Positions 17,865-28,597 of a DNA stretch of 64,000 bases are shown piece by piece; the stretch's first letter is position 1, and the number at the start of each line of letters is the position of its first letter. A model generated the notes under the pieces. The model was given only the letters and a program-made list of their open reading frames with translations, was not told where the DNA came from and made no database searches. Source of the DNA: Endomicrobiia bacterium (GTDB taxonomy: Bacteria > Elusimicrobiota > Endomicrobiia > DTEH01); contig JBCNUU010000003.1 of assembly GCA_039630545.1 (NCBI GenBank), positions 99,250 through 163,249 of the forward strand, written 5' to 3'. The position numbers were made by a program, and so were the translations under genes.

Positions 17865-19667
17865 ATGAAAAAAAATGAGTTAAGATCTTTAATATCGTGG
17901 GTGCTTATTTTCTTTTTAATTTTTATGTTCTTTCGCGGAATAAAAGACATACAGGCAGAGAAAGAAATCCTTTATTCTGATTTTAAATCTCTCTTAAGGG
18001 AAGGGAAAATTCTGGAGGTAAAGTTAAAATCAGATGTAATTTCTGGTAAATATAGAGAGGACTCAAAAGTAATAAATTTTAAAACTTACAGAATCCCTGA
18101 AGACTCCAGACTGGTGGAGGAATTAGAATACTATAATGTAAAATTCACAGCAACTGCTGATAGAGGAAGCTGGTTTTGGTCTGTGCTTTTGAACTTTGGA
18201 CCTGTAGTGTTAATATTTATACTTTGGTATTTATGGACAAAACAACTTCAATCCGGCGGAAAACAAGCAATGATGTTTGGAAAATCTCGTGCGAGGTTAT
18301 ATACAGGTAAAAACAAAAGCGATGTTACATTTAAAGATGTTGCTGGATGTGATGAGGTAAAAGAAGAACTGCAGGAGATAATAGAGTTTTTAAAAGACCC
18401 AAAAAAATTTCAGCGACTTGGAGGAAAAATTCCAAAAGGCGTTTTGCTTTATGGACCTCCAGGAACAGGAAAAACTCTTCTTGCTAAAGCAGTAGCAGGT
18501 GAAGCTGGTGTTCCGTTTTTTTCTGCGTCGGGTTCTGAATTTGTGGAGATGTTTGTTGGAGTTGGGGCATCCAGAGTAAGAGATCTTTTCGAACAAGGAA
18601 GAAAATACGCTCCGTGTTTGCTTTTCATAGATGAACTTGATGCAGTTGGAAGACACAGGTTTGCAGGAATAGGTGGTGGGCATGATGAAAGAGAACAAAC
18701 CTTAAATCAACTCCTTGTAGAATTAGACGGGTTTGATACTACAGAAGGTGTAATTTTAATAGGAGCAACAAATAGGCCCGATGTTTTAGATCCCGCGTTG
18801 TTAAGGCCTGGTCGTTTTGATAGACACATTGTAGTTCCTGTCCCTGATATTAAAGGAAGAGAAGAAATCCTTAAAGTCCACACAAGAAAAGTAAAATTAG
18901 CAGATGATGTAAACTTATCAATAATAGCTCAAAGAACTCCTGGTTTTGTAGGAGCAGACCTTGCAAACTTAGTAAACGAAGCAGCACTCTTAGCAGCAAG
19001 AAAAAATAAAGATGCAGTTGATATGTCTGACTTTGATGAGGCAATTGAAAAAGTAATGGCAGGACCAGCACGAAAATCAAGAGTAATTTCTGAAAGAGAA
19101 AAGAAAATTATCGCCTACCATGAAGCAGGACACGCTTTAGTTGCAAAACTCACACCTGGCTGTGATCCTGTTCATAAAATTTCTCTTATTCCAAGAGGAC
19201 CAGCGTTAGGTTATACATTACAGCTTCCTGCAGAAGACAAATACATAATCTCAAAACAAGAACTGTTAAACAAAATTTCAGTTTTGTTAGGAGGAAGGAC
19301 TGCTGAAAAAATTGTGTTTAACGATATCACAACAGGAGCACAAAATGATCTTTCAAAAGCAACAGAAATAGCAACTAAAATGGTTACAGAATATGGTATG
19401 TCTGAAAAAATAGGTCCTTTAACTTTAAGAAAACGTGAAGAAGAAATTTTTTTAGGCAGGGACTATCTTACAAAAGAAAAAATGTATTCAGAAGCTACTG
19501 CCAGACTTATTGATGAAGAAATTAAAAATATTGTAGAAAGTTGTTCTCAGGGTGTAGAAAATCTATTGTCAAAGAATATAAATAAACTTCACTCATTAGC
19601 ACAAAAGTTAATAGAAAAAGAAGTCCTTGAAGCAGCTGAAATTGATGAGATTATAGCTAACAGTTAA
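17865..19667 (+). CDS. ftsH: ATP-dependent zinc metalloprotease FtsH
   Basis: N-terminal TM segments, Walker [12 protein letters not shown] region and the HEAGH zinc motif. Confidence 0.95.
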   Translation: MKKNELRSLISWVLIFFLIFMFFRGIKDIQAEKEILYSDFKSLLREGKILEVKLKSDVISGKYREDSKVINFKTYRIPEDSRLVEELEYYNVKFTATADRGSWFWSVLLNFGPVVLIFILWYLWTKQLQSGGKQAMMFGKSRARLYTGKNKSDVTFKDVAGCDEVKEELQEIIEFLKDPKKFQRLGGKIPKGVLLYGPPGTGKTLLAKAVAGEAGVPFFSASGSEFVEMFVGVGASRVRDLFEQGRKYAPCLLFIDELDAVGRHRFAGIGGGHDEREQTLNQLLVELDGFDTTEGVILIGATNRPDVLDPALLRPGRFDRHIVVPVPDIKGREEILKVHTRKVKLADDVNLSIIAQRTPGFVGADLANLVNEAALLAARKNKDAVDMSDFDEAIEKVMAGPARKSRVISEREKKIIAYHEAGHALVAKLTPGCDPVHKISLIPRGPALGYTLQLPAEDKYIISKQELLNKISVLLGGRTAEKIVFNDITTGAQNDLSKATEIATKMVTEYGMSEKIGPLTLRKREEEIFLGRDYLTKEKMYSEATARLIDEEIKNIVESCSQGVENLLSKNINKLHSLAQKLIEKEVLEAAEIDEIIANS

Positions 19668-19672
19668 AATTC

Positions 19673-20248
19673 TTGAAAGTGAAAAAGATAGATAAACAAA
19701 AAATAGAAAAAGCAGTAAAAGATATCTTAACTGCTATAGGTGAAAATCCTGACCGCGAAGGATTAAAAGACACGCCAAAACGAGTTGCAAAATTTTATGA
19801 AGAAGCACTCAGTGGTTACTGGCAGAATCCAGAAGATGTTTTAACAATCTATTATGAAACTGAGGAACACGAAGAAGTTGTTTTAGAAAAAAATATACCT
19901 TTTTATTCAATATGTGAACACCATCTTCTTCCTTTTTTTGGCAAAATTCATATAGCATACATTCCTCACAAAAAACGCTTACTTGGAATATCAAAGTTAG
20001 CAAGGTTAGTTGAAGTTTTTTCAAAACGACTTCAACTTCAGGAGCGCCTTACTAAGCATATTGCAGAGGCTATAATGCAGAAAGCAAAACCATTAGGAGT
20101 AATGGTTGTATGTGAAGCTGAACATCTATGTCTTTCTATGCGAGGTGTTAAAAAGCCAGGTCATAAAGTTGTTACTTCCTGTATGAGGGGAATTTTTCTA
20201 AAAGATCTGCGCGCAAGGATGGAAGTTTTGCAGCTTATTGATCATTAA
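19673..20248 (+). CDS. folE: GTP cyclohydrolase I
   Basis: CEHHLLPF...HIAYIP active-site region. TTG start, with an alternative GTG at 19679. Confidence 0.9.
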   Translation: MKVKKIDKQKIEKAVKDILTAIGENPDREGLKDTPKRVAKFYEEALSGYWQNPEDVLTIYYETEEHEEVVLEKNIPFYSICEHHLLPFFGKIHIAYIPHKKRLLGISKLARLVEVFSKRLQLQERLTKHIAEAIMQKAKPLGVMVVCEAEHLCLSMRGVKKPGHKVVTSCMRGIFLKDLRARMEVLQLIDH

Positions 20249-20262
20249 ATATAAAGCTTCCG

Positions 20263-21093
20263 ATGAAAATAATAGGAATTCTTAATATCACTCCTGACTC
20301 TTTTTATGATGGAGGTAGATATTTTAAGATTGATGATGCACTAAAACACGTAGAAAAGCTTATAAATGAAGGTGCAGATATTATAGATGTTGGTGGAGAA
20401 TCCAGCAGACCTGGAAGCATCCCAGTTTCAGTTGAAGAAGAACTTAGTCGTGTGATTCCTGTGATAAAAGAAATAAAAAAACGCTGGCAGAATGTTGTAT
20501 TATCGATTGACAGTTATAAATATGAAGTAGTAAAACAAGCTTTAGAAAACGGTGTTGAAATTGTAAATGATATTTATGCCTTAAATTACTCACCAGCTAT
20601 TGTAGATTTACTAAAAACATATCCCACTACCAAAATAATCCTTATGCATATGAAAGGCACACCGCAGACAATGCAGTTAAATCCGCAATATCCTGCAGGA
20701 GTAATATCTGAAATTAAAGAATTCTTTATAGAAAGGGTGAAATTTTTGCTCGAACACGAAATAGATATAAAAAGAGTCATACTTGACCCCGGTATTGGTT
20801 TTGGTAAGACGACACAACATAATCTTGAGATATTAAAAAACTTAAAAGAATTAAAACAACTCACAATAAATGGAAAAAATTTCACATTTGATATACTCAT
20901 AGGTCTTTCAAGAAAAAGTTTTATAGGAAGAATTTTAGGTTCTGAAGAAAATCCGTTGCCGCCAGAGGAAAGATACGAAGCAACTGTCGCTTTACACTCT
21001 TATTGTATCTTGCAAGAAGTGGACTATTTGAGAGTGCACGATGTAAAAGCAACAAAGGACGCATTAAAAGTTTTAAGTTTACTTAAATCTTAA
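20263..21093 (+). CDS. folP: dihydropteroate synthase
   Basis: GILNITPDSFYDGG...DVGGESSRPG pterin-binding signature. Confidence 0.9.
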   Translation: MKIIGILNITPDSFYDGGRYFKIDDALKHVEKLINEGADIIDVGGESSRPGSIPVSVEEELSRVIPVIKEIKKRWQNVVLSIDSYKYEVVKQALENGVEIVNDIYALNYSPAIVDLLKTYPTTKIILMHMKGTPQTMQLNPQYPAGVISEIKEFFIERVKFLLEHEIDIKRVILDPGIGFGKTTQHNLEILKNLKELKQLTINGKNFTFDILIGLSRKSFIGRILGSEENPLPPEERYEATVALHSYCILQEVDYLRVHDVKATKDALKVLSLLKS

Positions 21094-21096
21094 GTT

Positions 21097-22059
21097 ATGA
21101 ATACTTTAGCTAAAGTAGTAAATATTCTTATAGAAAATCAGAATAAATATATTTCAGGACAAAAAATTGCAAAAATGTGTGGAATTTCCAGAGTCGCTGT
21201 TTATAAAATAATAAAGAAATTACTTTCCGAAGGATATGAGATAGAAAGAAACAAAAAAATTGGCTACAAACTAGTTTTTTATCCATTTATTGTTGAAGAA
21301 TTTCTTAAAAAAAATTTTAAGACAGTATCTAAAGTATATTATTTTAACCAGGTAACTTCCACTATGGATGTTGCCAAAGAACTTCTACAAAAGAATCCTC
21401 AGATACAAAACACATTAATAGTTGCTCAAAAACAAACCTCTGGTAAAGGGCGACTTCAAAGAAAGTGGTTGTCACCAGAAGGAGGTGTTTACTTTTCTTT
21501 AATTTTGCGACCTGAAGTTTTACCATCTGAAGTATTTTTTTTAAACTATGTGTTTTCTTTGTCTGTAGCAGAACTTCTAAAAGAACAATATTTAATAAAT
21601 GCCACCACAAAATGGCCCAATGATGTTGTAGTAGATAATAAAAAAATATGCGGAATTCTTATAGAAACAGACGCTGAAATAGATAGAGTCAACTGGTGTA
21701 TAGCAGGAGTAGGAGTAAATTTAAATATAAAGCAAACTTTCTTTGACAAAGCAAAGATAGATGCTACATCTGTTATGAGTTTAACTGGTAAAAAAATAAA
21801 TCCAAATCACTTTTTTTCTGAGCTATTTAAAAAAATAGATTTTTACTATGAAATGTTCTTAAAGAAAAAATATAAAGAGCTAACAGAAAAATGGAGTCAA
21901 TTTTCTTCTACCTTAGGAAAAGATGTAGAAGTCATCACACCAAAAGAGATCGTCAAAGGAAAAGCAATTTGTATCTTGCCACAAACAGGAGCCCTCATTA
22001 TAAAAACCTCATCAGGTACAAAAGAAATCCTTTCTGGTGATTGTATCCATTTAAGATAA
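21097..22059 (+). CDS. birA: bifunctional biotin-[acetyl-CoA-carboxylase] ligase / biotin operon repressor
   Basis: N-terminal HTH (ISGQKIAKMCGISRVAVYKIIKKL), catalytic core QTSGKGRLQRKW...KWPNDVVVDNKKICGILIE. Confidence 0.8.
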   Translation: MNTLAKVVNILIENQNKYISGQKIAKMCGISRVAVYKIIKKLLSEGYEIERNKKIGYKLVFYPFIVEEFLKKNFKTVSKVYYFNQVTSTMDVAKELLQKNPQIQNTLIVAQKQTSGKGRLQRKWLSPEGGVYFSLILRPEVLPSEVFFLNYVFSLSVAELLKEQYLINATTKWPNDVVVDNKKICGILIETDAEIDRVNWCIAGVGVNLNIKQTFFDKAKIDATSVMSLTGKKINPNHFFSELFKKIDFYYEMFLKKKYKELTEKWSQFSSTLGKDVEVITPKEIVKGKAICILPQTGALIIKTSSGTKEILSGDCIHLR

Positions 22060-22144
22060 AAATTTTTTGCAACAGTTGATTTTTGTTAACCAAAATTATA
22101 ATTTTAAGTTAACAAAAATTTAGCATATTAAAAAGGAGGAATCC

Positions 22145-23902
22145 ATGAAAAAAACCAAAATTATATTTTTTGTTTTCATATTAAACAGTTTCTGTTTTTC
22201 TTCAGAAGTTTATCTTGAAGCTACTAAGTCACCAAACATATCAGGTATTTATATAATAACCAAACAAGATCTACAAAACTCCGCTTCAGATAATTTAGTT
22301 GAAATTCTTAAAAAATATGGTGTCAACACTTTCAGCAGAAGCAACATCCAAACAGATGTTTCTTTAAATGGTGGAACTTTTGAACAAATAAAAATTTTTA
22401 TAGATGGAATTCCAATAAACGATCCTCAAACAGGCCATCACAACTTAAATATTCCCTTAAGCTTAAAAGATATAGAATCAATACAAATAATAAAAAACGA
22501 TAACTTTTCAAAATATCCTCAGGGTGCATTTTGTGGAGCGATAAATATTATAACTAAAAAAGACACTTCAAACTTTTTTAAACTTTCATATGGAAGTTTT
22601 AATACTTATTTAGCAAAAGCCCATATTTCACATCAAAACACATTAATATCACTTGAAGCAGGTAGTTGTTCCGGGTTCAAAGAAAACACAGACTACAATC
22701 TCTACAATGCATTTTATCAAACACAAATTAAAAATTCTAAATTTATTTTAGGAGTTTTAGACAAAAAATTTGGCGCGCAGGATTTCTACACAGCTCCTTC
22801 TACAAGAAAAGAATATGAACATATCCGAACTATTTTCATGGGTCAATCTTCTGATTTTATACTGAAAGATAATTTGGTGTATAATTTAAATATGTTTCTT
22901 AGAACCGGATATGATTTTTACACAACTCAAAGATATAACCCTCAAGTATACTCAAACTATCACAACAGTTATGTCTGGGGAATTACCAATAAATTTAAGT
23001 TGTACTACAAAAGCTTTATTTTTGAGCCGTTATTAGAGGCAGTATACAAAAACCTTGATAGTAAAGGATTCAGCTCTTTATTTAATTGGAAAGGCATGGG
23101 CGAGTTTTTTGACAGTGAATATAGAGTCGGTATAAACTCTATTTTCAACTACCATAATTTAGCTTTAGAACTTACATTTATTGAAAACTACTATTCAAGA
23201 TATAAATTTGTCCCACAGTTTGGCTCAAAACTTACATTTGATTTCTTACCAAAATCAAGCATCTTTTTTATATTTAGTAAACTTCATAGAGTTCCATCTT
23301 ATACTGAGTTATTTTACTGGGATCCTGCTCACCAGGCAGATGAAAACTTAAAGTTAGAACATACAACAACCTATCAGGCAGGATTAAATAAAAAATTAAA
23401 AAACATAGTTTCATTCTCCTTAGCAGGATTTTTTTATGAACCTACAAACACTATTGATTGGACAAGAACAAAAAACTCCACACAGCCATGGCGTATTACC
23501 AACATAGCAAAGGTAAAAACTTTTGGTGGAAACCTGAAGTTAGATTTTTCATATAAAAATTTTGATGTGAAACTTTACTATGAACATATATTAAAAGAGT
23601 TTAACTTAGATCCAACAAAAGAATTAAAATATATAGAAAACTATCCAAAAAACTTCTTAAGTTTAAGTTTAGGTTTTCATCAAGTTTTTGGATTTAATGT
23701 TTATGTTGAAAGTGTTTACAAACATCTCACTAAGACTAACCCTGATGATTTCACATTATTTAATTTAGGAATAAGAAAAACTTTTAAAAAAGTTAATTTA
23801 ACACTAAGTGTTGAAAATTTGTTTGATATTAAATATGAAGAAATACCAGGTGTTCAGCAACCACCAAGAAACATAATTTTTTCAGCAGAATTAAACTTTT
23901 AA
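22145..23902 (+). CDS. TonB-dependent outer-membrane receptor (short form)
   Basis: Signal peptide and plug-domain motifs (..VSLNGG..IKIFIDGIPINDP..). The C-terminal barrel ends in ...SAELNF with a terminal aromatic. Confidence 0.65.
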   Translation: MKKTKIIFFVFILNSFCFSSEVYLEATKSPNISGIYIITKQDLQNSASDNLVEILKKYGVNTFSRSNIQTDVSLNGGTFEQIKIFIDGIPINDPQTGHHNLNIPLSLKDIESIQIIKNDNFSKYPQGAFCGAINIITKKDTSNFFKLSYGSFNTYLAKAHISHQNTLISLEAGSCSGFKENTDYNLYNAFYQTQIKNSKFILGVLDKKFGAQDFYTAPSTRKEYEHIRTIFMGQSSDFILKDNLVYNLNMFLRTGYDFYTTQRYNPQVYSNYHNSYVWGITNKFKLYYKSFIFEPLLEAVYKNLDSKGFSSLFNWKGMGEFFDSEYRVGINSIFNYHNLALELTFIENYYSRYKFVPQFGSKLTFDFLPKSSIFFIFSKLHRVPSYTELFYWDPAHQADENLKLEHTTTYQAGLNKKLKNIVSFSLAGFFYEPTNTIDWTRTKNSTQPWRITNIAKVKTFGGNLKLDFSYKNFDVKLYYEHILKEFNLDPTKELKYIENYPKNFLSLSLGFHQVFGFNVYVESVYKHLTKTNPDDFTLFNLGIRKTFKKVNLTLSVENLFDIKYEEIPGVQQPPRNIIFSAELNF

Positions 23903-23909
23903 ACTTTTT

Positions 23910-24569
23910 ATGGAAAATTTAACATTAACAACAGCATATATAGCAGGGTTTTTAGCAAGTTTTACTCCGTGTGTTTATCCATTAATTCCTGTAGTAGTAG
24001 CATATATAGGAATACAAGCAGAATCTTCAATTCAAAAGAAGATTTTAGTTACTTTGAGTTATGTTTTAGGAGTATCTATTGTTTATTCCATCTTAGGAGC
24101 GGTAGCTTCTTTAAGTGGAAGTGTGTTTGGACTTACTCAGAATAGTTTCTGGGCTAATTTAGTGGTTGGGGTGGTGTGTCTTTTGTTTTCTTTGAGTATG
24201 TTCGGTTTATTTAAGATAAACTTTCAACTACAAAGATTTATAAATCCATCCATTTTTAGAGGATACTTAGGCGGCTTTATATTAGGAGCAACCTCTGGAC
24301 TTGTTTTTTCACCGTGTAGCACACCTGTATTAGGCACTATTTTAGTTTTGGTTGCAACAAAACAAAATATCTTATACGGTATGTTGTTACTTTTTGTGTT
24401 TTCTTTAGGTCTTTCAACCACACTTCTTTTAGCAGGAATTTTTAGCGGAGTGGCAACAAAACTTCCAAAGTCAGGAAGATGGACATTTGTTGTAGAAAAA
24501 ATTTTTGCATTTATTATTTTAGTTGTAGCGATAATTTATATAAGAAAAGCAATTCTTCTTTTAATTTAA
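23910..24569 (+). CDS. ccdA: cytochrome c-type biogenesis / thiol-disulfide transporter CcdA (DsbD family)
   Basis: Six TM helices with the two conserved Cys (SFTPCVYP and FSPCSTPVLG). Confidence 0.75.
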   Translation: MENLTLTTAYIAGFLASFTPCVYPLIPVVVAYIGIQAESSIQKKILVTLSYVLGVSIVYSILGAVASLSGSVFGLTQNSFWANLVVGVVCLLFSLSMFGLFKINFQLQRFINPSIFRGYLGGFILGATSGLVFSPCSTPVLGTILVLVATKQNILYGMLLLFVFSLGLSTTLLLAGIFSGVATKLPKSGRWTFVVEKIFAFIILVVAIIYIRKAILLLI

Positions 24570-24742
24570 TAGGCAACTTTATTTCTCATCTTAACTTCCA
24601 CACATCAAAAGTAATCATGTTTCTACTCTAAAAAACTTATTAGGACTATTTTCCGACGGAAAATACCTCGACAAATAAATTTGTATTTTGTAAAAAATAA
24701 CACTTTTTAGTTTTAATAATAAATAATTGGAGGTGAGGATTT

Positions 24743-24928
24743 ATGAAGTTTAAAATTTTTTTGTTGTTATTTTTACTTAGTCATATTCTATTTTGTGAAG
24801 TTCATAAAGAATTTCAATACACAGGTTTTTTGCGTGAGTTCGGCCAGACAGTAAGTGGTCAACGCACAATAGTTTTTAATATATATTCACAGCCTACAGT
24901 TGAGGTACCTTCAATCTTGAAAATTTAG
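24743..24928 (+). CDS. small hypothetical signal-peptide ORF (possibly the first fragment of a degraded gene)
   Basis: 61 aa, MKFKIFLLLFLLSHILFC signal-like N-terminus, GGAGGTGAGG RBS. It is followed by several short open stretches in other frames. Confidence 0.2.
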   Translation: MKFKIFLLLFLLSHILFCEVHKEFQYTGFLREFGQTVSGQRTIVFNIYSQPTVEVPSILKI

Positions 24929-25350
24929 CAACTTTATTATTATAAAACAACGGTCCATTTAGAAGGAATCCCATCAATTGAAGGTTATAAATTTGAAGAA
25001 ATGGTCTGAAGATATTGAGGCAGAGGCTAACTCTGTTTCAATTGTTATAAAGATACCTATATAAAAGCACATTTCAAAGAAATATCAAAACAACATGTTC
25101 TGTCAATAATATCTGTGTTAATTGATGGAGGAATAGTAGATAAGGAACCATTTAAGGATCACTCTGAGCACAACGAAGTTGTAAAACTCACACCTGTTGC
25201 TAAAACCTATATATAAATTAAAAGTTGGTCAATAATAATCTCTTCTGAAGGCGAAGAAATAGAAATAACAGATAATCCTTTATATCTTACGATGGGTTCC
25301 TTGAGCAAATGTTATAAATATGAAATCTAATATTTCAATTATAACAGCGT

Positions 25351-26053
25351 TTGTTAAAGAGAAATCTCTTTACTAAAATCTATATACAAAACTCTTTCTT
25401 ATCAGTAATGTTTAATCTTTTGATTTTAGAAAGAAGAACACTTTATGCTGAAAGTTTGAAAGAATTTTTTAAAAAATTAAAGATTTTTGACAAAATAGAA
25501 TATATTGATACAGTAGAGAAATGTTTTAAAATAATACGGAATAAAAACACATCTTTTTCTCTCATAATAATAGGTGAAATTCAACTGAAAAAAATTTTGT
25601 TATTTTTGTTCGTGAGATTAAAAAAATTTCACCTTCTGTTAAAATTCTTTGTTTATATGATCCTTCTGATAAAACTCCGAAAGAAAATTTTATTGTGCCC
25701 TTAATAGATGGATATGTTTCTGTTGAATGGACTGCTTCGGAGTTAAAAAATGGTATTCTGCATCTTCAAAAGGAAGGTATCTTATTCCCCAGAACTCTTT
25801 TTACATGTTTTTTTAGACATTTACATTCATATGACTTAAATAAAGATCAAAAACAGTCAATCATTTTTACGCCTAAAGAACAGATGATATTAAAAATGTT
25901 ATGTGAGGGAAGAATAAATAAAGAAATTGCTACTACTTTAAGAATTAAAGAAAAAAAACTGTTAAAAATCACCTGAATAAAATTTATCTTAAACTTGGGG
26001 TTAAAAAAAGAACAGAAGCAATTTTGCGCATGATTATACTTGGTATAATTTAG
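25351..26053 (+). pseudogene. LuxR/NarL-family response regulator disrupted by two -1 frameshifts in poly-A tracts (A7 at 25588-25594, A8 at 25951-25958)
   Basis: Frame 1: MFNLLILERRTLYAESLKEF...SLIIIGEIQL is a receiver-like N-terminus. Frame 0: ...NFVIFVREIKKISPSVKILCLYDPSD...PLIDGYVSVEW is the receiver C-terminus, followed by the LuxR HTH TPKEQMILKMLCEGRINKEIATTLRIKEK. Frame 2: TVKNHLNKIYLKLGVKKRTEAILRMIILGII* completes the HTH. Adding a single A in each tract restores one ORF. Confidence 0.55.
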
Positions 26054-26059
26054 GATTAA

Positions 26060-27403
26060 TTATTTTAAAAATTTTACAGAAGCTAAAGTTGCACCTAAAA
26101 ATTTTTCTTTTCCGCCATTGAGATAGTTTAGTCCTAATGATTGTCCATAAGTTACTTGTTTTATTATTTCAGGAGCTATTACTACATCAATAGCCCTTCC
26201 ATTAAATTCGCTGGCAGTAAATGTAATTTCAAAGTTTAGTTCGTCTTTAGAAATAGCTAAATCAGTGGCAGCATCTGATTTTACTTCTAATTGTTGTTGA
26301 TTCTGTTGAGATTTTGTGGTTACGATTTTGTCAATAAGTTCTCCAAAAGTATAAACTTCTCCTTCATTGTTTATTAATCTAAAATGTCCTTCTTTCCAGG
26401 TTTCATCTGCATAGATTTTTCCACCTCTAAGGTGGATTTTGTCAAAGCCGTCCGGCATAATTTTTGAAAGAGTATGGGTTATAGCTAAACCTAAATTTTT
26501 GGTTTCTACAAATTTTGAAACAAAAAGTTCACCAAATTTTACAAATTTTCCTTGTTCTGTATCATAATAACCATCTTTAGGTATTACTGGGGAGTCAGGA
26601 GTTGTAACTTTGGTTAATGCGGTTTCATCAAAACCATAAGTCGCGTTCCCTTTGAGTTCAGCTCCCGGAAATCTTATGTCTAAAGCTATCTCTGGGTTTT
26701 CAGTATTCCAGTTTATTATTCCATCAGTAGAATTTATATCAGTGATGCTTACATTAACATATTCTTTTATTTTTTGATAATCAGGTCCCCATATTTTTTC
26801 TCTGTGAGTAAACGATTCTGGCATCCACCAGGTATAAGTTGTTTGTTGTGGCTGGTCTAAAATGTAGTTGTAGTTAGCAGTATAGGTGTGTTTTTGAAGT
26901 TCACCGATTTCGTTTTCAACTCTGTAGTAGTCAACAGTGTTTGAAAGTTCCCATTCTCTTTTTACTAACCTGTTTTGTGGTGGATTTTCTCCTAAGTGAA
27001 ACCAGGTGTGGTTTCTTATTTTTGGCACATCTAAGATGTTTTCTATAGGTTTTTCAAAAGTAAGTAAGTCGTAGTAGTAGTTAAGTTTACGCCACGGTTC
27101 TTCTGCTTCTCTTTTGTTTAATACTAAAAATTTTACCTGGTTTTGTTGTGGTTTAAGGATATATTCTTCCACTCTTACTCTGTAACCATAAGCATCCCTT
27201 AATGATTTACCAAGTTGGTAGTCAGCTTGTTTTAATTCGTTTATGCTTTCATTAAGGTAGCCATCTTGTATAAACTCTATAGCTATTTCAGAGTTTAATT
27301 CTTGTGAGATGGTAAGTTCTTGTTGGACTGAAAGGTCCTCCTGGGAGTGTAGATATAATTGTATTAATAAAATTATTATTGTTGATATTAATATTTTTTT
27401 CAT
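26060..27403 (-). CDS. hypothetical secreted protein (447 aa), last gene of the ECF sigma operon
   Basis: Start reassigned to the ATG at 27403, preceded by GGAGG. Signal peptide MKKILISTIIILLIQLYLHS. No recognisable domain. Confidence 0.55.
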   Translation of the reverse strand: MKKILISTIIILLIQLYLHSQEDLSVQQELTISQELNSEIAIEFIQDGYLNESINELKQADYQLGKSLRDAYGYRVRVEEYILKPQQNQVKFLVLNKREAEEPWRKLNYYYDLLTFEKPIENILDVPKIRNHTWFHLGENPPQNRLVKREWELSNTVDYYRVENEIGELQKHTYTANYNYILDQPQQTTYTWWMPESFTHREKIWGPDYQKIKEYVNVSITDINSTDGIINWNTENPEIALDIRFPGAELKGNATYGFDETALTKVTTPDSPVIPKDGYYDTEQGKFVKFGELFVSKFVETKNLGLAITHTLSKIMPDGFDKIHLRGGKIYADETWKEGHFRLINNEGEVYTFGELIDKIVTTKSQQNQQQLEVKSDAATDLAISKDELNFEITFTASEFNGRAIDVVIAPEIIKQVTYGQSLGLNYLNGGKEKFLGATLASVKFLK

Positions 27404-27419
27404 TTTATTCCTCCTTTTT

Positions 27420-28016
27420 TTAACCTCTAATTCCGCATACATAGGTGTCTAATATAGAATTTTTTTTGCCAAAACTATCATAGGTATAATCTGTCGCGTT
27501 GGGATCGGGAATCCAGATTTCTTTGTCCACTACAAACATATATTGGTATCTTCCAGGTTTTAATGCAATCTCTGCAACCCACTTTCCTTTTTCTTTTTTG
27601 CATTTGGTTTTGTTTATGTCCCATTTGTTAAAGTCTCCTGCTATAGCCACAGATTGTGCTTCAGGTAAATCAATTTCAAACCTTACGACAACTCTTTTTT
27701 GATATATCTTTCTTGATAAAGGAAACCATAAAAGCATAAAAATTAAAATAATCCCAAAAACGAATGCTTGTTTTGGAAGAAAATTCGGTATAAACTTTTC
27801 TTCTTTTTTTGGGAGGTTTGATAAAATTTTAGAAATTAAATATTCAGGTGCTTCGGAGTGAGGTAGAGCTCCCAATTTTTCTAATTTTTCTTCTAATTTT
27901 AAGTAATTTTTGCAAAAAGGACAGTTTTTAATGTGGTGTTGAAGTGTTGAAACTTCTTTTTCACTTAACTGATTTTCCAGGTATTTTTGAAGAAGTTTGA
28001 CATTTTTGCATTTCAT
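27420..28016 (-). CDS. anti-sigma factor: N-terminal zinc-finger anti-sigma domain, one TM helix, C-terminal CBM48/AMPK-beta glycogen-binding-like domain
   Basis: HHIKNCPFCKNY is an H-x3-C-x2-C ZAS-type motif. TM helix AFVFGIILIFMLLWFPL. C-terminus VVRFEIDLPEAQSVAIAGDFNKWD...PGRYQYMFVVDKEIWIPDP resembles the AMPK beta GBD. Confidence 0.65.
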   Translation of the reverse strand: MKCKNVKLLQKYLENQLSEKEVSTLQHHIKNCPFCKNYLKLEEKLEKLGALPHSEAPEYLISKILSNLPKKEEKFIPNFLPKQAFVFGIILIFMLLWFPLSRKIYQKRVVVRFEIDLPEAQSVAIAGDFNKWDINKTKCKKEKGKWVAEIALKPGRYQYMFVVDKEIWIPDPNATDYTYDSFGKKNSILDTYVCGIRG

Positions 28017-28063
28017 ATTTTGTTGCCTCTTATTATATATACGCTTTAAAGTTCAAAAATGTT

Positions 28064-28597
28064 TCATATCTGAATTTTTAGCTTTTTGGCAAGCAATAGC
28101 TTTGCTCTAAACAACAAGGTTTTTACTGTACCAATTGGTTTAGAAGTAACTTCAGCAATTTCTTCATAGGAGAGGTTTTCTATGTATCTTAAAATAAGTA
28201 TATTTAGATATTTTTCTGGTAAAGTCCTTATTAAAGATAGAAGCATTTGGGATTCTAAATTTTTTTGAATAGATTCTTCAACTTTATCTTCACTATAAAT
28301 CAAATTTTTATGGTCTTCTAAAGAAACCGGTAGAAATTTTTTCTTTCTTAAAAAATCTTTAGCAGTGTTGATTGCTATTTTATATAACCAGGTTTTAAAA
28401 TTAAAATTTGATTTGTATTTTTTAAGATTCTTATATAATTTGATAAAAACCTCCTGGGTGAAGTCCTCAGTCTCTGTGTAGTTATTAAAGATAGACATAC
28501 CAAGGTTGTAGATGTAGTTTTTGTATTTCTTGATTATTTCTGCATAAGTGTTTATGTTTCCTTTTAAAACTTCTTTTATTATTTCTTCTTCGGTCAT
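28064..28597 (-). CDS. ECF-type RNA polymerase sigma factor (sigma-70 family, regions 2 and 4)
   Basis: Region 2 ...FTQEVFIKLYKNLKKY...WLYKIAINTAKDFLRKK and region 4 LSYEEIAEVTSKPIGTVKTLLFRAKLLL. Confidence 0.8.
   Translation of the reverse strand: MTEEEIIKEVLKGNINTYAEIIKKYKNYIYNLGMSIFNNYTETEDFTQEVFIKLYKNLKKYKSNFNFKTWLYKIAINTAKDFLRKKKFLPVSLEDHKNLIYSEDKVEESIQKNLESQMLLSLIRTLPEKYLNILILRYIENLSYEEIAEVTSKPIGTVKTLLFRAKLLLAKKLKIQI

Noticed and set aside
18390-19080. Antisense ORFs inside ftsH (18390-18698, 18871-19080)
   Set aside because: They lie within the highly conserved FtsH CDS and their translations are low-complexity.
25695-25976. Stand-alone 93-aa ORF (MPLIDGY...)
   Set aside because: It is the middle fragment of the frameshifted LuxR-family regulator, not an independent gene.
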